Shown in pieces: positions 9,421 through 18,942 of a DNA stretch of 48,512 bases (position 1 is the first letter of the stretch; each line of letters opens with the position of its first letter). The DNA comes from an uncultured Leptospirales bacterium (lineage in GTDB: Bacteria > Spirochaetota > UBA4802 > UBA5550), in assembly GCA_964514165.1 (NCBI GenBank), contig CAZEPS010000004.1, forward strand, positions 1 through 48,512. The letters are read 5' to 3'. The translations under genes and the position numbers were made by a program. A model generated the notes under the pieces. The model was not told where the DNA came from, did no database searches, and saw nothing but the letters and a program-made list of their open reading frames with translations.

Positions 9421-10615
9421 CGGTTTTTACGGGGAATATGGCGGGCAGTTCGTTGCCGAAACCCTGATTCCCGCCCTGGACGAACTTGAAGAAGCCTTTC
9501 GGCAATTCACCACTGATCAGGCCATGAAAGATCAGCTCAGGTCATATCTTGAAGAATACGCGGGACGGCCGACCCCGGTCTACTACGCCAAAAACCTGTC
9601 AGAAAAATACGGCATCCGCCTTTTTCTGAAGCGGGAGGACCTTCTCCATACCGGTGCCCACAAAATTAACAACACCATCGGCCAGGCCCTCCTGGCGGGG
9701 TACATGAACAAGAAGCGGGTCATCGCCGAGACCGGCGCCGGGCAGCACGGGGTCGCCACCGCCACCACCGCGGCCCTCTTCAACCTGGAGTGCACGGTCT
9801 ACATGGGTGAGCTCGACATGGAGAGGCAGATGCCGAACGTAAAGAAGATGCAATACCTGGGGGCAGAGGTCGTTCCGGTCGCCTGGGGCCAGAGGACACT
9901 CAAGGACGCGGTGAACGCCTCCATGAAGGACTGGCTGGCGAACATCGAACACACCCATTACCTCCTTGGATCGGTCATGGGGCCCCACCCCTTTCCAGAA
10001 ATCGTTTCAACCTTTCAGTCAGTCATCGGAAGGGAAGCTCGGGATTATTTCTTATCACGGGGATTTCAACCAGACCAAATCATTGCCTGCGTCGGGGGCG
10101 GGAGCAACGCAATCGGCATGTTCGGCCCTTTCCTGAACGATGAGAGCATCCAACTTATCGGCGTGGAAGCGGGTGGGAGATCCGACAACAGTGGGGACCA
10201 CGCGGCAACCCTCACCCGTGGAAAAAAGGGAATCTTCCAGGGGAACCTGACCTACCTTTTGCAGAATGACAACTACCAGGTCGAAGACGTGCACTCCGTT
10301 TCAGCCGGCCTGGATTACGCCGGGGTCGGTCCCCAGCACGCGTACCTGAGGGACAGCGGCAGGGTCCGGTACGAGACCGTGACCGATACTGAAACCCTTG
10401 CCGCCTTCCGGGAACTGGTGCGGCTCGAAGGGATAATCCCCGCCCTGGAGTCGTCCCACGCCCTGGCCCATGCCCTGAAGACCGCCGGTTCCCTGGCGGG
10501 GAAAAAAATCCTGGTCAACCTCTCCGGCAGGGGTGACAAGGACATGGACATCATAGAACACTACAATTTTGTTTTTCATGAAAGGCGCGATGCACCTCTC
10601 ATGCAGAAACCATAA
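9407..10615 (+). CDS. trpB: Tryptophan synthase beta chain (C-terminal tail supplied by an inserted repeat)
   Basis: KREDLLHTGAHKINN (PLP lysine), AETGAGQHG, SAGLDYAGVGP, NLSGRGDKD. Confidence 0.97.
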   Translation: MQQSNGFYGEYGGQFVAETLIPALDELEEAFRQFTTDQAMKDQLRSYLEEYAGRPTPVYYAKNLSEKYGIRLFLKREDLLHTGAHKINNTIGQALLAGYMNKKRVIAETGAGQHGVATATTAALFNLECTVYMGELDMERQMPNVKKMQYLGAEVVPVAWGQRTLKDAVNASMKDWLANIEHTHYLLGSVMGPHPFPEIVSTFQSVIGREARDYFLSRGFQPDQIIACVGGGSNAIGMFGPFLNDESIQLIGVEAGGRSDNSGDHAATLTRGKKGIFQGNLTYLLQNDNYQVEDVHSVSAGLDYAGVGPQHAYLRDSGRVRYETVTDTETLAAFRELVRLEGIIPALESSHALAHALKTAGSLAGKKILVNLSGRGDKDMDIIEHYNFVFHERRDAPLMQKP

Positions 10616-10644
10616 AAATGCATACTCATGCATTTTTATGTTAG
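10568..10644. mobile_element. 73-bp double-hairpin dispersed element, copy 1 (inside trpB 3' end)
   Basis: 71/77 nt identical to 30098-30174; bounded by TTTG and TTAG; contains two stem-loops. Confidence 0.8.
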
Positions 10645-10666
10645 AAGAACTCGAAGGAATACTGTT

Positions 10667-11380
10667 ATGAAAGGAATCTATATCGTGGGCGGGTACCCGT
10701 CCAGGAAAAAATTCATCGACCGGGCCGGGCTTATCCAGGACTCCGGTTTCGATTTTCTCGAGATCGGAATCCCCTTTAACGATTCGGTGGCCGACGGCCC
10801 GGTTATAACGGACACCATGAACAGGGTGCTCGTGAGCGGGGTAACCACCGGCGATATCCTGGATGATATCGCGTCACTCGGTGAACTGCCGATAAAAAAA
10901 TTCATCATGACCTACGTGAATATCCCCTTCTCATACGGGTACGACGATTTCGTTATGAGGATGAAAAATCACATAGACGGATTAATCATCGCCGATCTTC
11001 CGAACAGGATGGTCCCGGCACTGGCCGGTGAAACCTCCCGAATCCCTGTTGTACCCTTCGCCACCCTGGAGACCCGGGACAGGGACATGGATGTGATAAA
11101 AAAATCCGGGGCAGAATTCGTCTACTTCGTCGGCCTCCGGGGCACGACCGGATCCAACGCGAATCTCACGTCCCCCGAAATCATCAGCGGAATAAAAAAG
11201 GTCAGGGAGCAAACCGGTAAAAAGGTCATCATCGGCTTCGGCATCAAGACCCCCCGGGACGCCGAAACAGCCACTGAGATTGCTGACGGTTACGTCATCG
11301 GTACCGAGGCGGTGCGGCGACAGGACGACCGGAAAGAATTCACCCGGTTCCTGACTGAAATACAGGGAAATTACAACTGA
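10667..11380 (+). CDS. trpA: Tryptophan synthase alpha chain
   Basis: LEIGIPFNDSVADGPVI (catalytic Glu/Asp), GTTG, GFGI. Start at ATG 10667 after GAAGGA. Confidence 0.93.
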   Translation: MKGIYIVGGYPSRKKFIDRAGLIQDSGFDFLEIGIPFNDSVADGPVITDTMNRVLVSGVTTGDILDDIASLGELPIKKFIMTYVNIPFSYGYDDFVMRMKNHIDGLIIADLPNRMVPALAGETSRIPVVPFATLETRDRDMDVIKKSGAEFVYFVGLRGTTGSNANLTSPEIISGIKKVREQTGKKVIIGFGIKTPRDAETATEIADGYVIGTEAVRRQDDRKEFTRFLTEIQGNYN

Positions 11381-12660
11381 CCCAGCGCCTGGTCCAGGTC
11401 ATCGATAATATCCTCGATATTCTCGATACCGATTGAGAGCCTCACCATGTCTTCGGTGATGCCCGCCTTCGTTAGATCTTCCTTCCCGAGCTGGGAATGG
11501 GTCGTGGTAGCCGGGTGAATCGCCAGGCTCTTGGCGTCACCGACGTTGGCCAGGTGGGAGAAGATCTCCAGGCTCTCTATGAATTTACGCCCGGACTCAA
11601 GGCCCCCCTTCACCCCGAACACGACCATTCCCCCGCAGCCCTTCCGGAAATATTTTTTCGCGTTTTCGTAGGCGGGATCAGACTTCAGCCCCGGGTACCT
11701 CACCCACGCCACCTTATCATGGTTTTTAAGAAACTCCGTCACCGCCAGGGCGTTTCTGGAATGGCGTTCCATTCGCAAAGCAAGGGTCTCTACACCCTGA
11801 AGAAAGATCCATGCGTTATCAGGAGAAATGCACCCGCCCAGGTTTCTAAGCGGTACGAGCCGCATTCTCAGGATAAAGGCGAGGTGATTCATGTCCCCCA
11901 GGTCATGGGCGAACCTGAGATTGTGGTACCCGGTGTCCGGGGTATTGAAGAGGGAGAACTTTTCATTTTTCCAGTTGAACTTCCCTGAGTCTATGACTAA
12001 CCCCCCTATGCCGGTGCCGTGGCCCCCAATCCACTTCGTCAGGGAGTGAACAACAATGTCGGCACCGTGTTCTAACGGCCTGAAGAGGAAGGGGGTGGTG
12101 AAGGTTGAATCAACGATGAGGGGAACCTCGTGCTTTCGCGCTGCATCTGCGATAGTCTCAAAATCAGGGACATCGAGAGAGGGATTCCCGATTGACTCGA
12201 TAAACACCGCCCTGGTCCTGTCAGTGAAGGCACCCTGCAGGGAATCGAAGTTGTCCGGATCAAAAAACCTGACCGTAATGTTGAACTGCGTGAGGATGTC
12301 CTTGAACATGGTGTATGTACCGCCGTAGAGGTTTGACGAGGAGACCACTTCGTCGCCTGCGGTGCATATATTGATGATGGAATAAAAAATCGCGTTTGTG
12401 CCGGATGCGAGGGCCAGACCCGCGGCACCCCCCTCGAGAAGGGCAAGGCGCTCCTCCAGGACCCCCTGTGTCGGGTTGCCTATCCTGGTGTAAATATACC
12501 CTGCATCACGAAGGCTGAAGAGATCGGCTGCGTGCTCGGTGCTCTTGAACACGTAGGAACTTGTCCGGTGAACCGGCACCGAACGGGCAAAGGTGTCTGA
12601 ATCGACAGTGTGCCCGGAGTGGAGGGCGACGGTCTCGAATTTCAATCCCTTTTTATTCAT
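11371..12660 (-). CDS. metY: O-acetylhomoserine aminocarboxypropyltransferase (sulfhydrylase)
   Basis: [21 protein letters not shown] (PLP lysine), [20 protein letters not shown]. Start [10 protein letters not shown] after GAGG. Confidence 0.93.
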   Translation of the reverse strand: MNKKGLKFETVALHSGHTVDSDTFARSVPVHRTSSYVFKSTEHAADLFSLRDAGYIYTRIGNPTQGVLEERLALLEGGAAGLALASGTNAIFYSIINICTAGDEVVSSSNLYGGTYTMFKDILTQFNITVRFFDPDNFDSLQGAFTDRTRAVFIESIGNPSLDVPDFETIADAARKHEVPLIVDSTFTTPFLFRPLEHGADIVVHSLTKWIGGHGTGIGGLVIDSGKFNWKNEKFSLFNTPDTGYHNLRFAHDLGDMNHLAFILRMRLVPLRNLGGCISPDNAWIFLQGVETLALRMERHSRNALAVTEFLKNHDKVAWVRYPGLKSDPAYENAKKYFRKGCGGMVVFGVKGGLESGRKFIESLEIFSHLANVGDAKSLAIHPATTTHSQLGKEDLTKAGITEDMVRLSIGIENIEDIIDDLDQALGQL

Positions 12661-12782
12661 CTGAAAAACCTCACGGAAACTGTATATAGTACGAGTGCGG
12701 CATCCCGAAATCTGCAAGTGCTTGACGTAACCTGTGCCACCTGCTACACTCAAATTTCAATAACAGCACTGACAGTAATTTC

Positions 12783-12891
12783 AGGGAACATCTATTAATG
12801 AAACAAGAGGTTCCCTTTGGGGTACGTATTTTGGTTTCAATTTTATTTAGCCTTGATTAATCAAGGCTAAATAAAATTGTTAGATGTACCC
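12783..12891. repeat. Bipartite inverted-repeat element, locus A, with perfect 42-bp palindrome (12838-12879)
   Basis: GGGAACATCT...AGAGGTTCCC mini-module followed by a GGGTAC...AGATGTACCC module; about 85% identical to 40686-40792. Confidence 0.85.
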
Positions 12892-12952
12892 TTTATTCTT
12901 AGCGTTAAGATAATTTTTTTGCCGAAAAAAACAACCAATAAAAACCAGGAAC

Positions 12953-14344
12953 ATGAAAAACAGAAAAAAAGCACTGAATGAACTCGCCCAAATACTGGGA
13001 AAAGAAAAGATTCTCGCCGATCCCGATATTCTCTCCGCCTATGCAGCGGATGAGACATCAGATCTCTCCCACATGCCGGATCTACTGATTCGTGCCGAAT
13101 CAACTGATGACGTCAGCAAAGTCATGGCCATCTGCTCGAAGCACAAAATTCCGGTAACCCCCCGGGGAGGGGGGAGCGGTGTTACGGGGGGTGCTGTTCC
13201 CACCAGCGGCGGCGTCCTTCTTTCACTGGAAAAGATGAACCGCATCCTGGAAATCGACACGGCAAACATGGTCGCGGTAGTTGAACCAGGGGTCATCACC
13301 GGCGATCTTCAGCGGGCGGCCCGTGAGGAGGGGCTCTTCTATCCGCCGGACCCGTCGAGCATGGACATCTGTTCCATCGGTGGCAACGTGGCCGAGATTG
13401 CCGGGGGGCCGGGGGCGGTCAAATACGGAACCACAAAGGACTATGTCCTCGGCCTGGAATTCGTCCTTCCCGATGGGAGCGTCATCGAGACCGGCGGAAA
13501 ATTCGTGAAAAACGCCACCGGGTATAACCTCATCGGCATCCTCGTCGGGTCCGAAGGAACCCTGGCGGTGATTACGAAAATCTACTGCAGATTAATCCCC
13601 GCTCCGAAATACACCCTTGATCTCCTGGTACCGTTCCCTTCCCTGGAACAGGCCGTGGATTCGGTAACCGCAATACTCCGGAACAGGGTAATCCCCTCCA
13701 CCATAGAATTTATGGAGGAGGACGCCATACAGCTGGTAGCAAAACACTATGGGAGCGAGATCCCCCACCCGGAGGCCAGGGCCCATCTCCTCATACAGAT
13801 AGACGGCATCTCGGAAGAGAGGATTCATGAGGAGCTGGAAAGTATCGTCAGCACCGTTGACGCGGACCCCGATTCCATCCTAGTGGCCGAGTCGCCGATT
13901 CATCACGAGCGGCTCTGGAAGGCCCGGCGTTCGATCAGGGACGCTATTCACGAAGAGAGCCCGGTGTTCCTCGCAGAAGACTGCGTTGTGCCACGCTCCG
14001 AAATCCCCTCTTTCCTGAAGGAAATTAAACGTTATCTCGGAGAAAAAAATCTCCGTTCCATCATGTTCGGGCACGCCGGGGACGGCAATGTCCATATCGA
14101 CGTGCTCAAGGACGACATCAGCTATGAAGACTGGATGAATCTTGTTCCAAAACTCAAAAGAGAGATCTACACCAGGGCCATTGCGGCCGGTGGCAACATA
14201 ACCGGCGAGCACGGCATCGGCTATACCCGGAAGGAGTATCTCTCCATGGCCCTTTCAAGGAATGAAATCGATCTCCTGAAAAGGATTAAGGGTGCCTTTG
14301 ATCCATTCAATATTCTGAATCCGGGCAAGGTGCTTGCGGATTAA
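12953..14344 (+). CDS. FAD-linked oxidoreductase, GlcD / D-lactate dehydrogenase family
   Basis: PRGGGSGVTGGAVP, YPPDPSS, GSEGTL, GHAGDGNVH, GEHGIG, NILNPGK. Confidence 0.92.
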   Translation: MKNRKKALNELAQILGKEKILADPDILSAYAADETSDLSHMPDLLIRAESTDDVSKVMAICSKHKIPVTPRGGGSGVTGGAVPTSGGVLLSLEKMNRILEIDTANMVAVVEPGVITGDLQRAAREEGLFYPPDPSSMDICSIGGNVAEIAGGPGAVKYGTTKDYVLGLEFVLPDGSVIETGGKFVKNATGYNLIGILVGSEGTLAVITKIYCRLIPAPKYTLDLLVPFPSLEQAVDSVTAILRNRVIPSTIEFMEEDAIQLVAKHYGSEIPHPEARAHLLIQIDGISEERIHEELESIVSTVDADPDSILVAESPIHHERLWKARRSIRDAIHEESPVFLAEDCVVPRSEIPSFLKEIKRYLGEKNLRSIMFGHAGDGNVHIDVLKDDISYEDWMNLVPKLKREIYTRAIAAGGNITGEHGIGYTRKEYLSMALSRNEIDLLKRIKGAFDPFNILNPGKVLAD

Positions 14345-14404
14345 AATTATCCTTGCAAAAACCCGACGGTTCCCGTTTACAGGAAGAAAAAAAAGGATGG
14401 AAAT

Positions 14405-15265
14405 GTGGAACAAGTAACCAGTGCCTTTATCGGCGGAACCGGCCTCTATGAAATGGAAGAGGCAACGGTCATTGACGAAGTAACCATGGAGACCCCGTGG
14501 GGTGAACCATCGGATTCCATCATAATTGCGGAAATCGAAGGCACCAGGGCCGCCTTTCTTCCGCGGCACGGCAGGGGGCACCGGCTCCTCCCGGGGGAGG
14601 TGAATTCACGGGCCAACATAGCAGCACTGAAGATGCTCGGGGTTGAGGAGATTGTCGCATTCTCGGCAGTAGGGAGCCTCAAGCAGGAGATCAAACCCCT
14701 GGATTTTGTCCTTCCCGACCAGGTCATAGACAGGACCAGGATGCGGAAAAACACCTTCTTCGGCAACGGGGTTGCGGCTCATGTCCCCTTCGGGAACCCC
14801 TTTTGCGGCAGGCTCCAGGAGATCATCATTCCCCTGGCTGAAAAAGCGGGGCTGGTTATGCACACCGGCGAGACCCTCATATGCATGGAAGGGCCGGCCT
14901 TTTCCACCAGGGCGGAAAGCAACCTCTACCGGTCGTGGGGGGCCGGTATTATCAACATGAGCACCCTCCCCGAGGCGAAACTCGCCCGGGAAGCTGAGAT
15001 CTGCTACACTGTGATCTGCATGAGCACCGATTATGACTGCTGGCACGAGGACGAGGCCCACGTGACCATTGACATGGTGATAAAAAACCTGACGACCAAT
15101 TCAAAGCACGCCAAGAATCTGCTCACTGCCATAATTGACCATCTCGGCAGGGAACGCACCTGCGAATGCGGAGAGGCCGCCAGATACGCCATAGTAACAT
15201 CAGAGGACAAGAGGAACCCTGAACAGGTCAAAAAGCTGAAAACACTCTTCCCTGAATATTTCTAG
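14405..15265 (+). CDS. mtnP: S-methyl-5'-thioadenosine phosphorylase
   Basis: IGGTGLY, PRHGRGH, MEGPAFSTRAES, NMSTLPEAKLAREAE, STDYDCWH. Confidence 0.93.
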   Translation: MEQVTSAFIGGTGLYEMEEATVIDEVTMETPWGEPSDSIIIAEIEGTRAAFLPRHGRGHRLLPGEVNSRANIAALKMLGVEEIVAFSAVGSLKQEIKPLDFVLPDQVIDRTRMRKNTFFGNGVAAHVPFGNPFCGRLQEIIIPLAEKAGLVMHTGETLICMEGPAFSTRAESNLYRSWGAGIINMSTLPEAKLAREAEICYTVICMSTDYDCWHEDEAHVTIDMVIKNLTTNSKHAKNLLTAIIDHLGRERTCECGEAARYAIVTSEDKRNPEQVKKLKTLFPEYF

Positions 15266-15328
15266 TGCCATGACTGCACAGGTATGGCTCAGGGGAAAGG
15301 TGCTGGTTCCTTTATTGCGGATTATGCA

Positions 15329-16345
15329 TCAAAGGTGTTCTGAAATATATTTATTCAGAACCTTCTCACCCACCTCTGACATCTCCTGGAACCTGACCGC
15401 GTAATAGAAAATTGCACCGTCTTCTATGGTCCTGTTCGCAATGACCCGAACCGATGACTTGATCTGAAATTCCATAAGTTCAAATTCCATCTCATAGTTA
15501 CTATTGTACTCAAGCTTTTTAGAAATGCGGAGGACAGCTTCGTAGTCGTTCAGTTTTACCAGGGTTGACTGGATACTGGCGTCAGGATCATGTTCCGTGG
15601 CCCCTGGTTTTTTCAGCACAGCCGATACCAAGACATCAATAAAGGGATGACGGAGCTCCTTCTCCCTGGTGAAATCCTCCGGAGTGTGAATCTCCATATC
15701 ATTACCCGTAAAGCTTGATATCCTGGCAACAAATTCATATTCAGCGTCACCGATCCTCCAGATAAACACCTGTATTTCCTGGTCCTTTTTTAGAACAGCA
15801 CAATACCTGGGGCTGCAGAATACATGGGCCTTCAGGGAATCCCCTGTAACAGACAGTATTTTACCGAGAAATACTGAGTCATCCTCAGCGGAGAAGTACA
15901 GAAACTGGCCTCTTTCCACCTCATTAATGCTTTTCAAAGGCTTCTTATACCGCGACGGAGAATAGATCTTATCATAGGTAATGGTAATATCCTTTGATAT
16001 TGACTCGAGTGATTCAGTACTCTCGTTTCTCCTCTTGAGAAAATCGATGAATTTCACCACCGCCCTTTCAAAGAGTTCCGATTTATCAAAAATCAGGTTC
16101 GGGTTTGAGAGATTAAGAGTCTGGACCATGTTGTTTAGTATTTTTATCTGAAAGTTTGACAGCCCTGTTCTTTTCATCTTGAAGAGAAACAGTTGCTGGT
16201 CATGTATCTTCCGGTCCCTCAGGTACTGAAGAGACCTCAGTATCACTAACAATAGAATTACCGCCAGCAGGATCCCAATGATAATTAAAATCTCGGGATA
16301 TGACGCAAGACGCCACTTTACGCCGAATACGGTTTCAATATCCAC
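15329..16345 (-). CDS. Membrane-anchored protein with YcgR/PilZ-like C-terminal region (degenerate motifs)
   Basis: Single N-terminal TM, then a beta-rich region ending YAVRFQEMSEVGEKVLNKYI, typical of PilZ C-termini. Confidence 0.6.
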   Translation of the reverse strand: MDIETVFGVKWRLASYPEILIIIGILLAVILLLVILRSLQYLRDRKIHDQQLFLFKMKRTGLSNFQIKILNNMVQTLNLSNPNLIFDKSELFERAVVKFIDFLKRRNESTESLESISKDITITYDKIYSPSRYKKPLKSINEVERGQFLYFSAEDDSVFLGKILSVTGDSLKAHVFCSPRYCAVLKKDQEIQVFIWRIGDAEYEFVARISSFTGNDMEIHTPEDFTREKELRHPFIDVLVSAVLKKPGATEHDPDASIQSTLVKLNDYEAVLRISKKLEYNSNYEMEFELMEFQIKSSVRVIANRTIEDGAIFYYAVRFQEMSEVGEKVLNKYISEHL

Positions 16346-16488
16346 TTCAATGCCTCCAGTTCTGCAAAAAAACTCTTATAAATCCACCAACATTAATATA
16401 CACAAAACGGATAACATGAAAAATAATTCTTCTAACAAAATAGTAAAAATAACTTGCCCGGAATTTTTTTACCGCCTATCTGTTGACC

Positions 16489-17358
16489 ATGATCCTGGAT
16501 TTTCACACCCATATATTTTCTTCCGATGTCAGGGAAGACCGCACCGACGCCCTGAAGGACGGGAATTTTAACATTATATACAGACATCCGAAAAGCAGAA
16601 TAATCACTCACGAAGAACTTGCCGCCACTATGAAAGACGAGGGTGTTCACGCGTCCGTGGCCATGGGTTTCCCCTGGTTCAGCAAATCTCACTGCGAAAG
16701 CCAGAACAGGTACCTCAGGGGAGTGATGAAAATCAATGACAGTATATTGCCATTCGGTTCTGTCCCCCTTGATTTTCATGACAACAGGGAAGAAATCGAC
16801 GGGTATGTTGCCTGTCTGAAAGATGAAGGATTCATTGGTATCGGTGAGATCGGATTCTACCATGACGGTTTTATAGACAGGCACGTTACCTATCTGTCAT
16901 TGGTCCTTGATGCCGCGAACCGCTATTCCATGCCAGTCTGCATTCACGTCAATGAACCGGTCGGCCATCCCTATTCGGGAAAATGCGATTCCCGGTTCGC
17001 CGATCTCTACCGTGTCCTGTCGGAGCATCCTGACGTAACGGTCATACTGTCACACTGGGGTGGCGGGCTCCTCTTTTATGAACTGATGCCGGAGGTTCAT
17101 GAGGCCTTCACGAACGTCTACTATGATACGGCCGCATCACCGTACCTGTACAAAGACACGATTTATCGGGCCGCGGTAGATATAACCGGTCCTGAAAAGA
17201 TCCTCTTCGGTAGCGACTTCCCCCTGATCAGGCCCTCCCGGTATGTAAATGCAGTTGTGGAAAGGCTCAGGGGGCGGGAACAGAAAATGATACTCGGGGA
17301 AAACGCCCAGGAAATTCTCGGCATTACAGGAAAAGGGCTGTCCCGAACAAGAGGATAG
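16489..17358 (+). CDS. Amidohydrolase_2 family metal-dependent hydrolase
   Basis: DFHTH, GIGE, LSHWGGG, YYDTAASP, KILFGSDFP. Confidence 0.9.
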   Translation: MILDFHTHIFSSDVREDRTDALKDGNFNIIYRHPKSRIITHEELAATMKDEGVHASVAMGFPWFSKSHCESQNRYLRGVMKINDSILPFGSVPLDFHDNREEIDGYVACLKDEGFIGIGEIGFYHDGFIDRHVTYLSLVLDAANRYSMPVCIHVNEPVGHPYSGKCDSRFADLYRVLSEHPDVTVILSHWGGGLLFYELMPEVHEAFTNVYYDTAASPYLYKDTIYRAAVDITGPEKILFGSDFPLIRPSRYVNAVVERLRGREQKMILGENAQEILGITGKGLSRTRG

Positions 17359-18466
17359 CAGACAGTATACCGAAAAGAATGAGAAGGGCATTTCGGTTGA
17401 TAGACCTGCCAGGATTTGTCCCCATTATATGAACGGCAACCGTCGACAGGGACTGGACCAGGTTTATGCCCAGGGAGAGGACAAACAGAAAAAAAAGATA
17501 AAAGGTCAGCCCAATGAGAACCATGCCAGACCACTCGAAGGGAACATCAGCCCCTGCGGTACCAACCCCCATCAGCAGTTCCCGTAATCTCATGATCGTT
17601 TCAACACCACCGGTAAAATACGACGAAGCAGCAAAGCCGGTAATGAAAGCGGCGGTAAATAATACCGCGGAAAGAAGTATAATCATGATGAAACCATGAA
17701 TGATAGCAGTAATTATTGATATGATAACACCATACACCGCGATGTTGATATTCTCAACCCTGAAGAAACGAACGATGCCCGCCAGGGTATTCTTCATGTC
17801 CCTCTGCCTGTGGGCGATGTAAGCAAGTATAATGTTTTTGAATACCTGGACAACTAGAATACCAGCCATGAGAAGAATGAGCACGGGACTGATGAACCCG
17901 CCGTATACGAAACCGAGCCGTTCCATCGGATAAACGGGGAGCAGGAGTATAAAAAAAAGCAGCAGGGAACCGGCCGAGATGAGGATGACAGCAAGGGAAT
18001 CAATGTATATATCATGTGAATTCGCAGAGTAGTCTATATTCATGCCGTAGTGTATCCGATTGAAGATATTCCTGGAGAGCATATAGAGATGGATGTCAAA
18101 AACAGATAAAAGGAGCAGAAAGAGCAAAACGAGAAATATAACGAAAGAAGCGGGATAGGAGGTAAAATAGGACATATTTTCCCTGCCGATAAAGGAAAAC
18201 AGGGCCATTATGAGCGAGTAGATTATGAGCAGTATAAAAGTAAAAAGGATATTCTTCCAGTTGAATGAGAGAAATATTCCTTCGAAAAGATCCTGAACAT
18301 GAAGAACCGATTCTTCAAAAAACCGATAGGAAAACCAGCTCTCCCGTTTTCTGTCCACGACGATCCTGTTGCTGCACCGTTCGCAGAAAAAATAAATGCG
18401 CTTGTCTTCGACGCGGCTGTCTGGTATGCGGTACTTCTGACTGCATGAATTACATACTATTTCCAT
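17324..18466 (-). CDS. Zinc-ribbon (MJ0042-like) N-terminal domain membrane protein
   Basis: MEIVCNSCSQKYRIPD...CERC followed by multiple TM helices. Confidence 0.8.
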   Translation of the reverse strand: MEIVCNSCSQKYRIPDSRVEDKRIYFFCERCSNRIVVDRKRESWFSYRFFEESVLHVQDLFEGIFLSFNWKNILFTFILLIIYSLIMALFSFIGRENMSYFTSYPASFVIFLVLLFLLLLSVFDIHLYMLSRNIFNRIHYGMNIDYSANSHDIYIDSLAVILISAGSLLLFFILLLPVYPMERLGFVYGGFISPVLILLMAGILVVQVFKNIILAYIAHRQRDMKNTLAGIVRFFRVENINIAVYGVIISIITAIIHGFIMIILLSAVLFTAAFITGFAASSYFTGGVETIMRLRELLMGVGTAGADVPFEWSGMVLIGLTFYLFFLFVLSLGINLVQSLSTVAVHIMGTNPGRSINRNALLILFGILSAILLFGTALFL

Positions 18467-18542
18467 GATTCAACGCTGTATTTTTTTTCTGCAAAACCGG
18501 AAATGAAAGGTTACTTTTTCAGCTTGAACAACAGTAAGCCTT

Positions 18543-18827
18543 CTATTCAAATTCCTCTTTCCCTTTCAGGCGCAGCTCCCCGAGCTTTTCACGGAGCTGA
18601 GGATCTTTTTCAACCTTTTCGTAAAAATCCTTATACTGCTGATAGGAATAACCGTATTTCGTAACAACGTTCTCAACCCTTTCAGGATCGATCTCAGGAT
18701 CGGGAAGGTTAATCTCCATCTCAATTTTGGAGAAATCCTCCAGGGTCATCTCTTTCTTTTCCGGCTTGCACGATACTGCCATGACAGAAACGAGTACCGC
18801 TATTAACAGGCATGTGAGGTTTCGCAT
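18543..18827 (-). CDS. Hypothetical lipoprotein
   Basis: Signal peptide ending MAVS-C; GGAGGT SD upstream. Confidence 0.8.
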   Translation of the reverse strand: MRNLTCLLIAVLVSVMAVSCKPEKKEMTLEDFSKIEMEINLPDPEIDPERVENVVTKYGYSYQQYKDFYEKVEKDPQLREKLGELRLKGKEEFE

Positions 18828-18942
18828 ATCACCTCCAGGCGCTCAGGATTAAGAGTCACAAGGATACGGCATAATTTTATCATGTCAAGAATAAAACTCC
18901 ATTGCCAATAATCCCGGTAAGGGGAGTCCACTGAATAGAACG

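Noticed and set aside
10628-10666. ORF-track N-terminal extension of trpA (MHFYVRRTRRNTV)
   Set aside because: The ATG at 10628 lies inside the inserted repeat hairpin. The SD and the reconstructed ATGA overlap point to 10667.
12838-12879. Palindromes as hairpin-telomere (ResT/TelN-type) resolution sites
   Set aside because: They are internal, repeated and embedded in a dispersed IR-bounded element, and no telomere resolvase is present in the window. Not strictly excluded.
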